DNA of 64,000 bases from a virus: positions 4,462 to 68,461 of the IMG/VR virus record IMGVR_UViG_3300037882_003529; one strand, given 5' to 3'. This document shows positions 10,089 through 16,107 of the stretch, piece after piece. Under the pieces are notes generated by a model. It was not told the origin of the DNA and made no database searches. It saw only the letters and a list, made by a program, of their open reading frames with translations. The position numbers and the translations under genes were made by a program. How positions within the stretch are numbered: the stretch's first letter is position 1; the number at the start of each line of letters is the position of its first letter.

Positions 10089-10544
10089 TCACTTAGTTAG
10101 TAGCAAAGCGTTTATTTGATTGTCGAGATCACGTTCTATCTGAATAAGTTTATTGATTTTGTCAGGAACAGAAATGACCAATTTGTATGAATCGTCTTCG
10201 AAATAACATACATACCAACTAAGAGTAACCTCGTAGCCGCTTGCTATCAAACAATCAACTAATTTGTCAGTTAGATCCTTACTAAGATCAGGATGCACAA
10301 AATAGGTCGCTGGAAATTTACTGTCTAACAAGAATTTTGATAATTTTTCAAATTCTTTTTTGTAAAGTATCAGTCTATTCGCTTCTTGAGTTGCCAATAT
10401 TTTAGCAGGTCCAGTCAGTTGCGGTGGTGGTGGTGAATTTGTTGTTGGTTCATCTTTAAATGCTAAGTTCGCACATGAACTAAAAATACACAAAACACCG
10501 CCGAACAATCCAACATAAAGAATTATTTCATAAATTATTTGCAT
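10089..10544 (-). CDS. hypothetical membrane-anchored protein
   Basis: N-terminal hydrophobic helix. Confidence 0.6.
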   Translation of the reverse strand: MQIIYEIILYVGLFGGVLCIFSSCANLAFKDEPTTNSPPPPQLTGPAKILATQEANRLILYKKEFEKLSKFLLDSKFPATYFVHPDLSKDLTDKLVDCLIASGYEVTLSWYVCYFEDDSYKLVISVPDKINKLIQIERDLDNQINALLLTK

Positions 10545-10571
10545 CTTACAAATCCCTATTCAAATGTAAAA

Positions 10572-11318
10572 TTAAAGATTCGACATCAGCATCATAAAAC
10601 CGCATGCATTAATCGTATTGATCTCGACGATTTTGATGCCGTCAGGAGTATCGCAAACATCAAGACAGTAGGCTTCATGAGGCGACCAATTAAAAGGTGC
10701 TATGACATAGTTAACGAAACTATCAAATCGTTTATCAATGAATTTTCTGCATGAAATTAATTTAGAACCACGACGATACATCGACTTGGCTGCAATTCTA
10801 TTTCTTACGATCCAATATCGATATTCAGAATAGATTGTTTTGGGATTAGACACTTGAATCATAGTGTCCATTAATCGATATCCGTAATCTTCTTTAAGAT
10901 CGACTACAGAATGTCGCCATTTCGCAAACTCTTCAGGTGTAATTAATTTGCCTCCAAACAGTTTAGAGTCTTCAATCGGCCTGATGAACTTAAGACTATC
11001 GACAACAGCATCTTGAAATTTGCAAACGACCGAATCAGAATTCAACAACAAATCTGACCAATGTTTCATTTGTTCAACAAAGGTGATTGGTCCTAAATCG
11101 TAGACACCAGGAGACCAATTCTTTTGTTTAGCTACATGTCTCATTGAGTATGAACCAAGACATATAACCGGACCTTCAGGGTTGATGTCTGGCAATATCT
11201 CGCCAACAAATGGAATAACTTTGTGGAGTGAATAAGGAATGTTATGCTTCTCAAACACTTTAATACAGTCATCAAATACTGGTTCTTTTGATATGTTATT
11301 TTGGACAACCCAATGCAT
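10572..11318 (-). CDS. ATP-grasp domain protein (R2K/DUF4343-like)
   Basis: FIRPIEDSKLFGG, SEYRYWIV, AYCLDV, KIVEINTINACGF. Confidence 0.8.
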   Translation of the reverse strand: MHWVVQNNISKEPVFDDCIKVFEKHNIPYSLHKVIPFVGEILPDINPEGPVICLGSYSMRHVAKQKNWSPGVYDLGPITFVEQMKHWSDLLLNSDSVVCKFQDAVVDSLKFIRPIEDSKLFGGKLITPEEFAKWRHSVVDLKEDYGYRLMDTMIQVSNPKTIYSEYRYWIVRNRIAAKSMYRRGSKLISCRKFIDKRFDSFVNYVIAPFNWSPHEAYCLDVCDTPDGIKIVEINTINACGFMMLMSNL

Positions 11319-11325
11319 ATGATTC

Positions 11326-11814
11326 CTATCCTAAAATCTCAATTGACCAATGAAGTCTGCCTCTTCGAGCAGGAAAATTTTCCTCTGATTCAGGTTCTTT
11401 CATGTCTAATCCGTACCAAAATCTCCGCCAGGACGAATAGACTTTATGATCCCATTCCCAAATCATAGGACCATATTCAACATCAGCGCTAAACCTAAAA
11501 TGTTGAGCGATGGTAGGAACTGGGTCATTAAGCTTGTTGACGACGTGATTAATGCCAAGTTGATTAAGACTCTCAGAAATGGCCATTGGTCCATTTTTTA
11601 TTTTCTTGTCGACTGTGGTGGCAACTTGCGCTACAGATAATCCAGAAGCGGCAGAAAGAGCCCAACATAAGCTCTGGCCAAATGTTGTATATGATTGAAG
11701 TGAATCGTCGATGAAAGCGCCAGAAGTAAGTTTAAAATCTTTCTTGGCTTTTCTTATACGCTCATTTGTATATGATGATGGATCTAATTTGAGCGTTACT
11801 GAACGTAGAATCAT
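11326..11814 (-). CDS. hypothetical protein
   Basis: 162-aa ORF below an early-type promoter at ~11843-11871. Confidence 0.6.
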   Translation of the reverse strand: MILRSVTLKLDPSSYTNERIRKAKKDFKLTSGAFIDDSLQSYTTFGQSLCWALSAASGLSVAQVATTVDKKIKNGPMAISESLNQLGINHVVNKLNDPVPTIAQHFRFSADVEYGPMIWEWDHKVYSSWRRFWYGLDMKEPESEENFPARRGRLHWSIEILG

Positions 11815-11888
11815 AAGCTACCAAAGTTATACGGAGTAATAATTCTAACATATTTCAGAAATTAATTAAACAATAAGTAAAAAGTCAT

Positions 11889-11962
11889 TGGAAGCCTCTG
11901 AGAGAATCAAACTCCCTTATTTCGGGTCAGAGCCGAAGACATTATCAATATGTTAAGAGGCC
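11889..11962 (-). tRNA. tRNA-Gln(CUG)
   Basis: cloverleaf, TTCGG-CTCTGAC-CCGAA, encoded CCA. Confidence 0.85.
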
Positions 11963-11969
11963 AATCTTA

Positions 11970-12043
11970 TGGTACCCTCTGGCAGAATCGGACTGCCTTT
12001 ACCAACTTGTAAGGATGGAGTTTTACCATTAAACTAAGAGGGC
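11970..12043 (-). tRNA. tRNA-Val(UAC)
   Basis: loop CTTACAA, GCCCTCT/AGAGGGT acceptor, CCA. Confidence 0.85.
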
Positions 12044-12049
12044 ACAAGA

Positions 12050-12142
12050 TTGAAGAGGAAAAAACAAATTCAGCGTCCGCTATGAATGGTTTCCCATTCT
12101 TAGGAATTGAACCTAAGTAACTGAATTTTACGCCATCTTCAA
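12050..12142 (-). ncRNA. YrlA/Y-RNA-like element 1 (T-arm plus capped acceptor-like hairpin)
   Basis: scaffold GAAGATGGCGTAAAATTCAGTTACTT..CTGAATTT..TTCCTCTTC enclosing TTAGGTTCAATTCCTAA and GAATGG-GAAA-CCATTC. Confidence 0.65.
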
Positions 12143-12145
12143 AAG

Positions 12146-12222
12146 TGGTACCGATAGCGAGACTCGAACTCGCAAAATTTAGCGTCTAAAGCTAACACGT
12201 CTTCCAATTCCATCATACCGGC
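12146..12222 (-). tRNA. tRNA-Leu(UAG), short variable arm
   Basis: TTAGC-TTTAGAC-GCTAA, GTTCGAGTC T-loop, CCA. Confidence 0.9.
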
Positions 12223-12225
12223 ATA

Positions 12226-12639
12226 TTATAAAGAAAAATGAATTAAAAAATCACCATTTTCTAGTTCGTCAGCATAACCTCGTTTTACAAGCCCAATCAT
12301 TTGTTTTTTTCCTTCTTTAGAAAAAACTTTTGATGTTCTAATAGGACCCACGTCTAAAACCGCTCGACGCATTAATTCAAATGCTAATCCTCTTCCTCGA
12401 AAATTTTCATCGACATCAATTTGCATGCCGACCCAAATATCTGATATTTTTTTAAGAGATAATTTACCAACAGGAATTTCATAGTCTGTTTTGATTGAAT
12501 TTTTCTTATAGAAATCATAAGCAATATACTCTTTTCTATCATTTCTATCGACTTCTAATTCAATCTTAATTTTAGAAAATTTCGAAGTTACAATCTCTAC
12601 AAATAATTTAAAGAATTTAAAATTATTTACCTCTTTCAT
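12226..12639 (-). CDS. GNAT-fold acetyltransferase-like protein inserted in the tRNA cluster
   Basis: IDVDENFRGRGLAFELM acetyl-CoA-binding motif A, FSKEG. Confidence 0.7.
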   Translation of the reverse strand: MKEVNNFKFFKLFVEIVTSKFSKIKIELEVDRNDRKEYIAYDFYKKNSIKTDYEIPVGKLSLKKISDIWVGMQIDVDENFRGRGLAFELMRRAVLDVGPIRTSKVFSKEGKKQMIGLVKRGYADELENGDFLIHFSL

Positions 12640-12689
12640 ATTAAATTTTATATGGAAAAATTATTTATGAGAATCGAACTCGCAAAAAT

Positions 12690-12829
12690 TGGTTACAATA
12701 CTTCGTGTGTATTTGGTAGCAATTCAAATACATTTTTCACGTATTTCTCGTGACTTCGACCATACACGTACGCCGATTGATTATGCTAGCCTTAAAGAGG
12801 ATAAACAACACCAAAAGGAAGTATTGCAA
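12690..12829 (-). ncRNA. unassigned ~140-nt structured RNA ending in CCA
   Basis: terminal stem TTGCAATACTTC/GAAGTATTGTAA then CCA; internal hairpins TCACG/CGTGA and TGTATTTG/CAAATACA. Confidence 0.55.
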
Positions 12830-12831
12830 AA

Positions 12832-12902
12832 TGGCAGACTAGGTGAGAATCGAACTCACTCTCGGTGGGTCAAAGCCACGTCGGATCCCTGATCTCTAGC
12901 CA
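12832..12902 (-). tRNA. tRNA-Gln(UUG) with shrunken D-arm
   Basis: GTGG-CTTTGAC-CCAC, GTGAG-TTCGATT-CTCAC, GCCA end. Confidence 0.75.
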
Positions 12903-12912
12903 ATTGAAAAGG

Positions 12913-13048
12913 TTTCAACGGAAAATTGAATTCAGTATTTTTCGGGTTTTGCCATTAAACTACGATTCCATAGAATGCGGAATCGGGTGGAGTCGAACCA
13001 CCATCACGTCATTAACAGTGAAGGAACTGAAATCTGCACCAGTTGAAA
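12913..13048 (-). ncRNA. YrlA/Y-RNA-like element 2 with circularly permuted tRNA domain
   Basis: scaffold TTCAACTGGTGCAGATTTCAGTTCCTTC..CTGAATTCAATTTTCCGTTGAA; inside, T-arm GTGGTTCGACTCCAC, then CGATTCC/GGAATCG closed stem, then D-arm GTTTAATGGCAAAAC. Confidence 0.8.
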
Positions 13049-13051
13049 AAG

Positions 13052-13125
13052 TGGAGGGTCCAGAAGGAGTTGAACCTTCGTTCGCAGTTTAACAGACTGC
13101 CGTTCTTCCGTTGAACTATAGACCC
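13052..13125 (-). tRNA. tRNA-Asn(GUU)
   Basis: GCAGT-CTGTTAA-ACTGC, CCA. Confidence 0.9.
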
Positions 13126-13132
13126 TAAAATA

Positions 13133-13207
13133 TGGTAGCGGAGGAGGGAATCGAACCCACAACCTTGAGCTTATGAGACTCACAATCTTCCATTGATCTA
13201 CTCCGCT
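13133..13207 (-). tRNA. tRNA-Met(CAU)
   Basis: TGAGT-CTCATAA-GCTCA, AGCGGAG/CTCCGCT acceptor, ACCA. Confidence 0.85.
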
Positions 13208-13212
13208 GCTTT

Positions 13213-13246
13213 TGGACCGCTTAGCAATATCATTGCTTATAAGCGA
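13213..13246 (-). ncRNA. 34-nt minihelix-like RNA ending in CCA
   Basis: TCGCTTA-TAA-GCAAT-GAT-ATTGC-TAAGCGG-T-CCA. Confidence 0.4.
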
Positions 13247-13251
13247 TAATA

Positions 13252-13327
13252 TGGTACACTATGAGAGAATCGAACTCTCTTCTTCAGAGTGAAAATCTGA
13301 GATCCTTAACCATTAGACGAATAGTGC
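13252..13327 (-). tRNA. tRNA-Glu(UUC)
   Basis: TCAGA-TTTTCAC-TCTGA, GCACTAT/ATAGTGT, ACCA. Confidence 0.9.
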
Positions 13328-13328
13328 A

Positions 13329-13979
13329 TTAATTTCTACCTCTAGTGAAACCAATAGGAATCTCACTGTCGGCCTTTATTCTTGTATTCATAGAACCATT
13401 AGTTATCCAAATTTGCTTATATTTACGCTTATAAGGAATTACTGGTCTATTCATAAGAGATTTTGATATCTTTCGAGAATTTTCCACTCGGTTAAGAGTA
13501 GCAGTTCCTAAAAGGGAACATCTTTTACTACAATAAATTAATTTATTTTTTCTTTTGGAGTCAGAAGAAAATTCACTACTACAATTACAGCACACATAAT
13601 TATATTTTGGCTTATATCCATCATATAATTCATAAATGTTTTTGTATTGGTAGTTACTTTTGACCCAGTCAAATTCGACTTTTAAGTCTTGTTGATACAA
13701 TACTTTGGTTTTATATCCGGCTTGAAGAGCAGCATTAATTTTGATATCCACTAAAGGTGTGTAATACCCCTTTATTTCAATCAAACAACCAAATTCATCA
13801 ACAAAATCCGGAAAATACTTACTGTTTAGAGTTTTAATGAATCCTTCGAATCGTTTCACGAATAAATTATGATCTAATCTAAAAAGAACATAAACTAACT
13901 CATAAGTCGACGCACAATAAATTCCTCTAAAATATCCACTTTTGGATCTACCTGATCCTTTTCTGATTCCGCCTCTCAT
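13329..13979 (-). mobile_element. probable free-standing homing endonuclease (PD-(D/E)XK nuclease, Cys-rich and WITNG-type C-terminal motifs)
   Basis: YFPDF..IEIKG catalytic motif, CCNC..YCSKRC, WITNG..PIGFTRGR; sits inside tRNA cluster. Confidence 0.65.
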
Positions 13980-13984
13980 TAATT

Positions 13985-14014
13985 ATCACGTCCTAGCCAC
14001 TAGACTACAGGTGC
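13985..14014 (-). pseudogene. 5'-half remnant of a tRNA (Glu-like)
   Basis: GCACCTG-TA-GTCT-AGTGGCT-AGGAC-GTGA then breaks off into the endonuclease start. Confidence 0.7.
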
Positions 14015-14023
14015 AAAAATGAA

Positions 14024-14322
14024 TAAGTTGATATAGTGTGCTGTTACGCTTAAGTCTCTACGGATCTTGCATTGCATTAGCAGAACGGGTTTGTACACAC
14101 CCTATGGCCCTTCGTCTTTTACCACTGCTTTAAGTAACAGGCTTCGCCCAAATACGTTCAACCTCAAGTTTTGAATTCTGAAACCCGAATAGTCGATAAC
14201 AATGCAAACTGTACTTGTCCTTCTCCGTCGAACACCTTCCGAAAGGTTGACTAATCTCTCGGTTCGTCGATTTGACACTCATTAAAGATGGCTGCTTCTA
14301 AGCCTACTTCTACATCAACTTA
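14024..14322 (-). ncRNA. ~300-nt structured RNA containing a split 23S rRNA H43-H44 (L11-binding/GTPase-associated centre) mimic
   Basis: 13-bp terminal stem TAAGTTGATGTAG/CTATATCAACTTA; 5' AAGTAGGCTTAGAAGCAGCCATCTTTAATGA and 3' AAGCGTAACAGCACA match 23S nt ~1057-1103. Confidence 0.8.
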
Positions 14323-14325
14323 AAT

Positions 14326-14401
14326 TGGGGTAACTAGAGAGAATCGAACTCTCGACAATGCATTCACAGTGCATTCATTTACCATTAATTGTATAGCTAC
14401 C
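14326..14401 (-). tRNA. tRNA-His(GUG)
   Basis: ATGCA-CTGTGAA-TGCAT, G-1:C73, CCA. Confidence 0.9.
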
Positions 14402-14409
14402 ATTGAATT

Positions 14410-14496
14410 TGGCGGCGACTTGAGTATTCGAAACCCTGGCCTTGCGACCCGAATCGCTTTCCAAGCGATCTCAGTACCCTGACTGATTAAGACGCC
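14410..14496 (-). tRNA. tRNA-Ser(GGA), 8/4 cloverleaf
   Basis: acceptor GGCGTCTT/AAGTCGCC, 4-bp T-stem GGGT/ACTC, long variable arm, G73, CCA. Confidence 0.8.
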
Positions 14497-14502
14497 GATA
14501 AT

Positions 14503-14578
14503 TGGTATAGAGTATCAGAATCGAACTGATTTCCATGGCTCTTCAGGCCAGTGCAATAACCATACTTGCTCACTCTAT
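14503..14578 (-). tRNA. tRNA-Phe(GAA)
   Basis: TGGC-CTGAAGA-GCCA, ATAGAGT/ACTCTAT, ACCA. Confidence 0.85.
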
Positions 14579-14584
14579 ATTATT

Positions 14585-14675
14585 TGGCGGGTGATTAAAT
14601 AGTCGAAATCCAACCGCTTTCACGATCAATCTGCTTTCAAGGCAGTTCCGGCATCGCCTGTCCGGTTAATCACCC
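14585..14675 (-). tRNA. tRNA-Ser(UGA), 8/4 cloverleaf
   Basis: acceptor GGGTGATT/AATCACCC, 4-bp T-stem GGAT/ATTT, loop CTTGAAA, long variable arm, GCCA. Confidence 0.8.
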
Positions 14676-14684
14676 ATTTAAAAC

Positions 14685-14759
14685 TGGAGCTCCGACAAGG
14701 ACTCGAACCCTGCTCGATGGAGTACAAAACCATTGCCTCGCCATCTAGGCTTCCGGAGC
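14685..14759 (-). tRNA. tRNA-Thr(UGU)
   Basis: loop TTTGTAC, CAGGGTTCGAGTCCTTG, CCA. Confidence 0.85.
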
Positions 14760-14766
14760 AAAAAAG

Positions 14767-14823
14767 AACTTTGAAATCTACTAGCAGAGGCATTGTAATT
14801 TCTTCATAGATGATTTCAAAGTT
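14767..14823 (-). ncRNA. unassigned hairpin RNA
   Basis: 12-bp inverted repeat AACTTTGAAATC/GATTTCAAAGTT fills the spacer between RNA genes. Confidence 0.4.
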
Positions 14824-14826
14824 TAA

Positions 14827-15002
14827 AGGAGAACCATGCAGTTTCGACCTGCAACATCCAATTAAGGAGAGCGGAATCTAAGGCAAATAGCGCCAACTCC
14901 GGGTACACTTAATTGGTCGGGTAGTCAAAGCAACTACTAATAGGGTGCGAATAAAAACTTACCCGAGAAACATCCGCTTGCTATTTTCGTTCTTTATGGT
15001 TC
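14827..15002 (-). ncRNA. ~175-nt RNA with tRNA-like acceptor and T-arm and a possible pseudoknot
   Basis: GAACCAT/ATGGTTC acceptor, GCAG-GTCGAAA-CTGC, helices TCGGGTA/TACCCGA and CCAATTAAG/CTTAATTGG, loop GCTATTT complementary to upstream AAATAGC. Confidence 0.65.
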
Positions 15003-15010
15003 ATTGAAAC

Positions 15011-15086
15011 TGGAGCCCTATAGAGGAATTGAACCCCTGACCTGTTGGTTCGAAGCCAACTGCTCTATCCACTGAGCTAATAAGGC
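15011..15086 (-). tRNA. tRNA-Arg(UCG)
   Basis: GTTGG-CTTCGAA-CCAAC, A20, CCA. Confidence 0.9.
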
Positions 15087-15092
15087 AATATT

Positions 15093-15241
15093 AGGTTTCC
15101 ATCCGCAGAGGCGATAGATTTCTAATCTACCGGAACCTTCACTTTTCTACAATAATTAAATCCTACGTAATTAATGTAAAACGCAAATAAACTGTCCAAA
15201 ATTGCTATCCATTGGATTCAATAAATCTGACGGCATGGAAA
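15093..15241 (-). ncRNA. unassigned ~150-nt multi-hairpin RNA
   Basis: terminal pairing TTTCCATGCCGTCAGA/TCTGCGGATGGAAA plus three internal hairpins. Confidence 0.5.
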
Positions 15242-15243
15242 TA

Positions 15244-15317
15244 TGGTCCTCAGAGAAAGAATCGAACTTTCGTCAATGGATTATCGGTCCATCGTTTTAC
15301 CATTAAACTATCCGAGG
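15244..15317 (-). tRNA. tRNA-Ile(GAU)
   Basis: ATGGA-CCGATAA-TCCAT (C33), ACCA. Confidence 0.85.
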
Positions 15318-15321
15318 AAAC

Positions 15322-15397
15322 TGGAGTCTTCGCTTAGGGACCCTAATCCCTGATTCTGATATCAAGAATCTGCTCTTTCCTGGGGAGCTACGAAGAC
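15322..15397 (-). ncRNA. non-canonical tRNA-like RNA (aberrant anticodon and T arms)
   Basis: GTCTTCG/CGAAGAC-T-CCA, D-arm GCTC/GAGC, GATTCT/AGAATC arm, no TTC T-loop. Confidence 0.6.
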
Positions 15398-15402
15398 ATA
15401 AT

Positions 15403-15477
15403 TGGCAGGTCATAGAGGATTCGAACCTCTGCCGCAAGGTTTTGGAGACCTGCATGCTGCCGTTACACTAACGACCT
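15403..15477 (-). tRNA. tRNA-Trp(CCA)
   Basis: AGGT-CTCCAAA-ACCT, GCCA. Confidence 0.9.
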
Positions 15478-15483
15478 ATTAAT

Positions 15484-15557
15484 TGGAGCAGATAATCGGA
15501 ATCAAACCGATTTCGCCTGGTTGGAAGCCAGGGGCACAATCAATATACCATACCTGC
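15484..15557 (-). tRNA. tRNA-Gly(UCC)
   Basis: CCTGG-CTTCCAA-CCAGG, TCCA. Confidence 0.9.
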
Positions 15558-15564
15558 ATAAAAT

Positions 15565-15639
15565 TGGCGTTCTCTGATGGAATCTAACCACCGACCTCGC
15601 AACCGCAGTTACGTGCTCTATCCACTGAGCTAAGAGAAC
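15565..15639 (-). tRNA. tRNA-Arg(GCG)-like with 6-nt anticodon loop
   Basis: CGTAA-CTGCGG-TTGCG, A20 D-loop, GCCA. Confidence 0.65.
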
Positions 15640-15643
15640 AAAA

Positions 15644-15718
15644 TGGTGGGACCGCAGAGAATCGAACTCTGATCGACCGGTTAAAAGCCGGCTGCTCTAG
15701 CCGTTGAGCTACGATCCC
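15644..15718 (-). tRNA. tRNA-Lys(UUU)
   Basis: GCCGG-CTTTTAA-CCGGT, ACCA. Confidence 0.95.
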
Positions 15719-15723
15719 GAAAT

Positions 15724-15799
15724 TGGTACCGATACCGGGACTCGAACCCGGAAAATTCAGATTTTAAGTCTGACACGTATACCTTTCCATCATACCGGC
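15724..15799 (-). tRNA. tRNA-Leu(UAA), short variable arm
   Basis: TCAGA-CTTAAAA-TCTGA, ACCA. Confidence 0.9.
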
Positions 15800-15895
15800 A
15801 TAAAAGGGCTGGGGAGCTCGTGATTTACCACTTTCTTCTAGATTGATCATTTCTAGGAGCCTTTTAATAAGGCGCAACCCATTGAGATCATTAAT

Positions 15896-15979
15896 TGGTG
15901 GGTACCCAGAGAATCGAACTCTGTCGGCCGAAGCATCGCATTTACAGTGCGACCCATGTCCATAATGGTCTATGTACCC
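15896..15979 (-). tRNA. tRNA-Tyr(GUA)
   Basis: TCGCA-CTGTAAA-TGCGA, long variable arm, ACCA. Confidence 0.85.
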
Positions 15980-15985
15980 CCAAAT

Positions 15986-16102
15986 TGGCGCTTCTCGATG
16001 GATTCTAACCACCGTTCTCCTATTCAGAGTTTAAGCTCTACAAGGCGCATTTGCTGACACTAATAAGGCGACCGCCAGTCAGACTACAAAATGCTAAGAA
16101 GC
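15986..16102 (-). ncRNA. 117-nt tRNA-like RNA with greatly extended D-arm
   Basis: GCTTCTT/GAGAAGC-G-CCA, GGTGG-TTAGAAT-CCATC, D-arm GCATTT..CTGAC..GTCAG..AAATGC. Confidence 0.65.
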
Positions 16103-16107
16103 AAAAA

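Noticed and set aside
14024-14322. True 23S rRNA gene fragment or host contamination
   Set aside because: Similarity is limited to two short blocks split by ~220 unrelated nt and closed by a private 13-bp stem, embedded seamlessly in the phage tRNA array
14827-15002. tmRNA
   Set aside because: Only ~175 nt, no G3:U70 alanine identity pair, no recognisable tag reading frame
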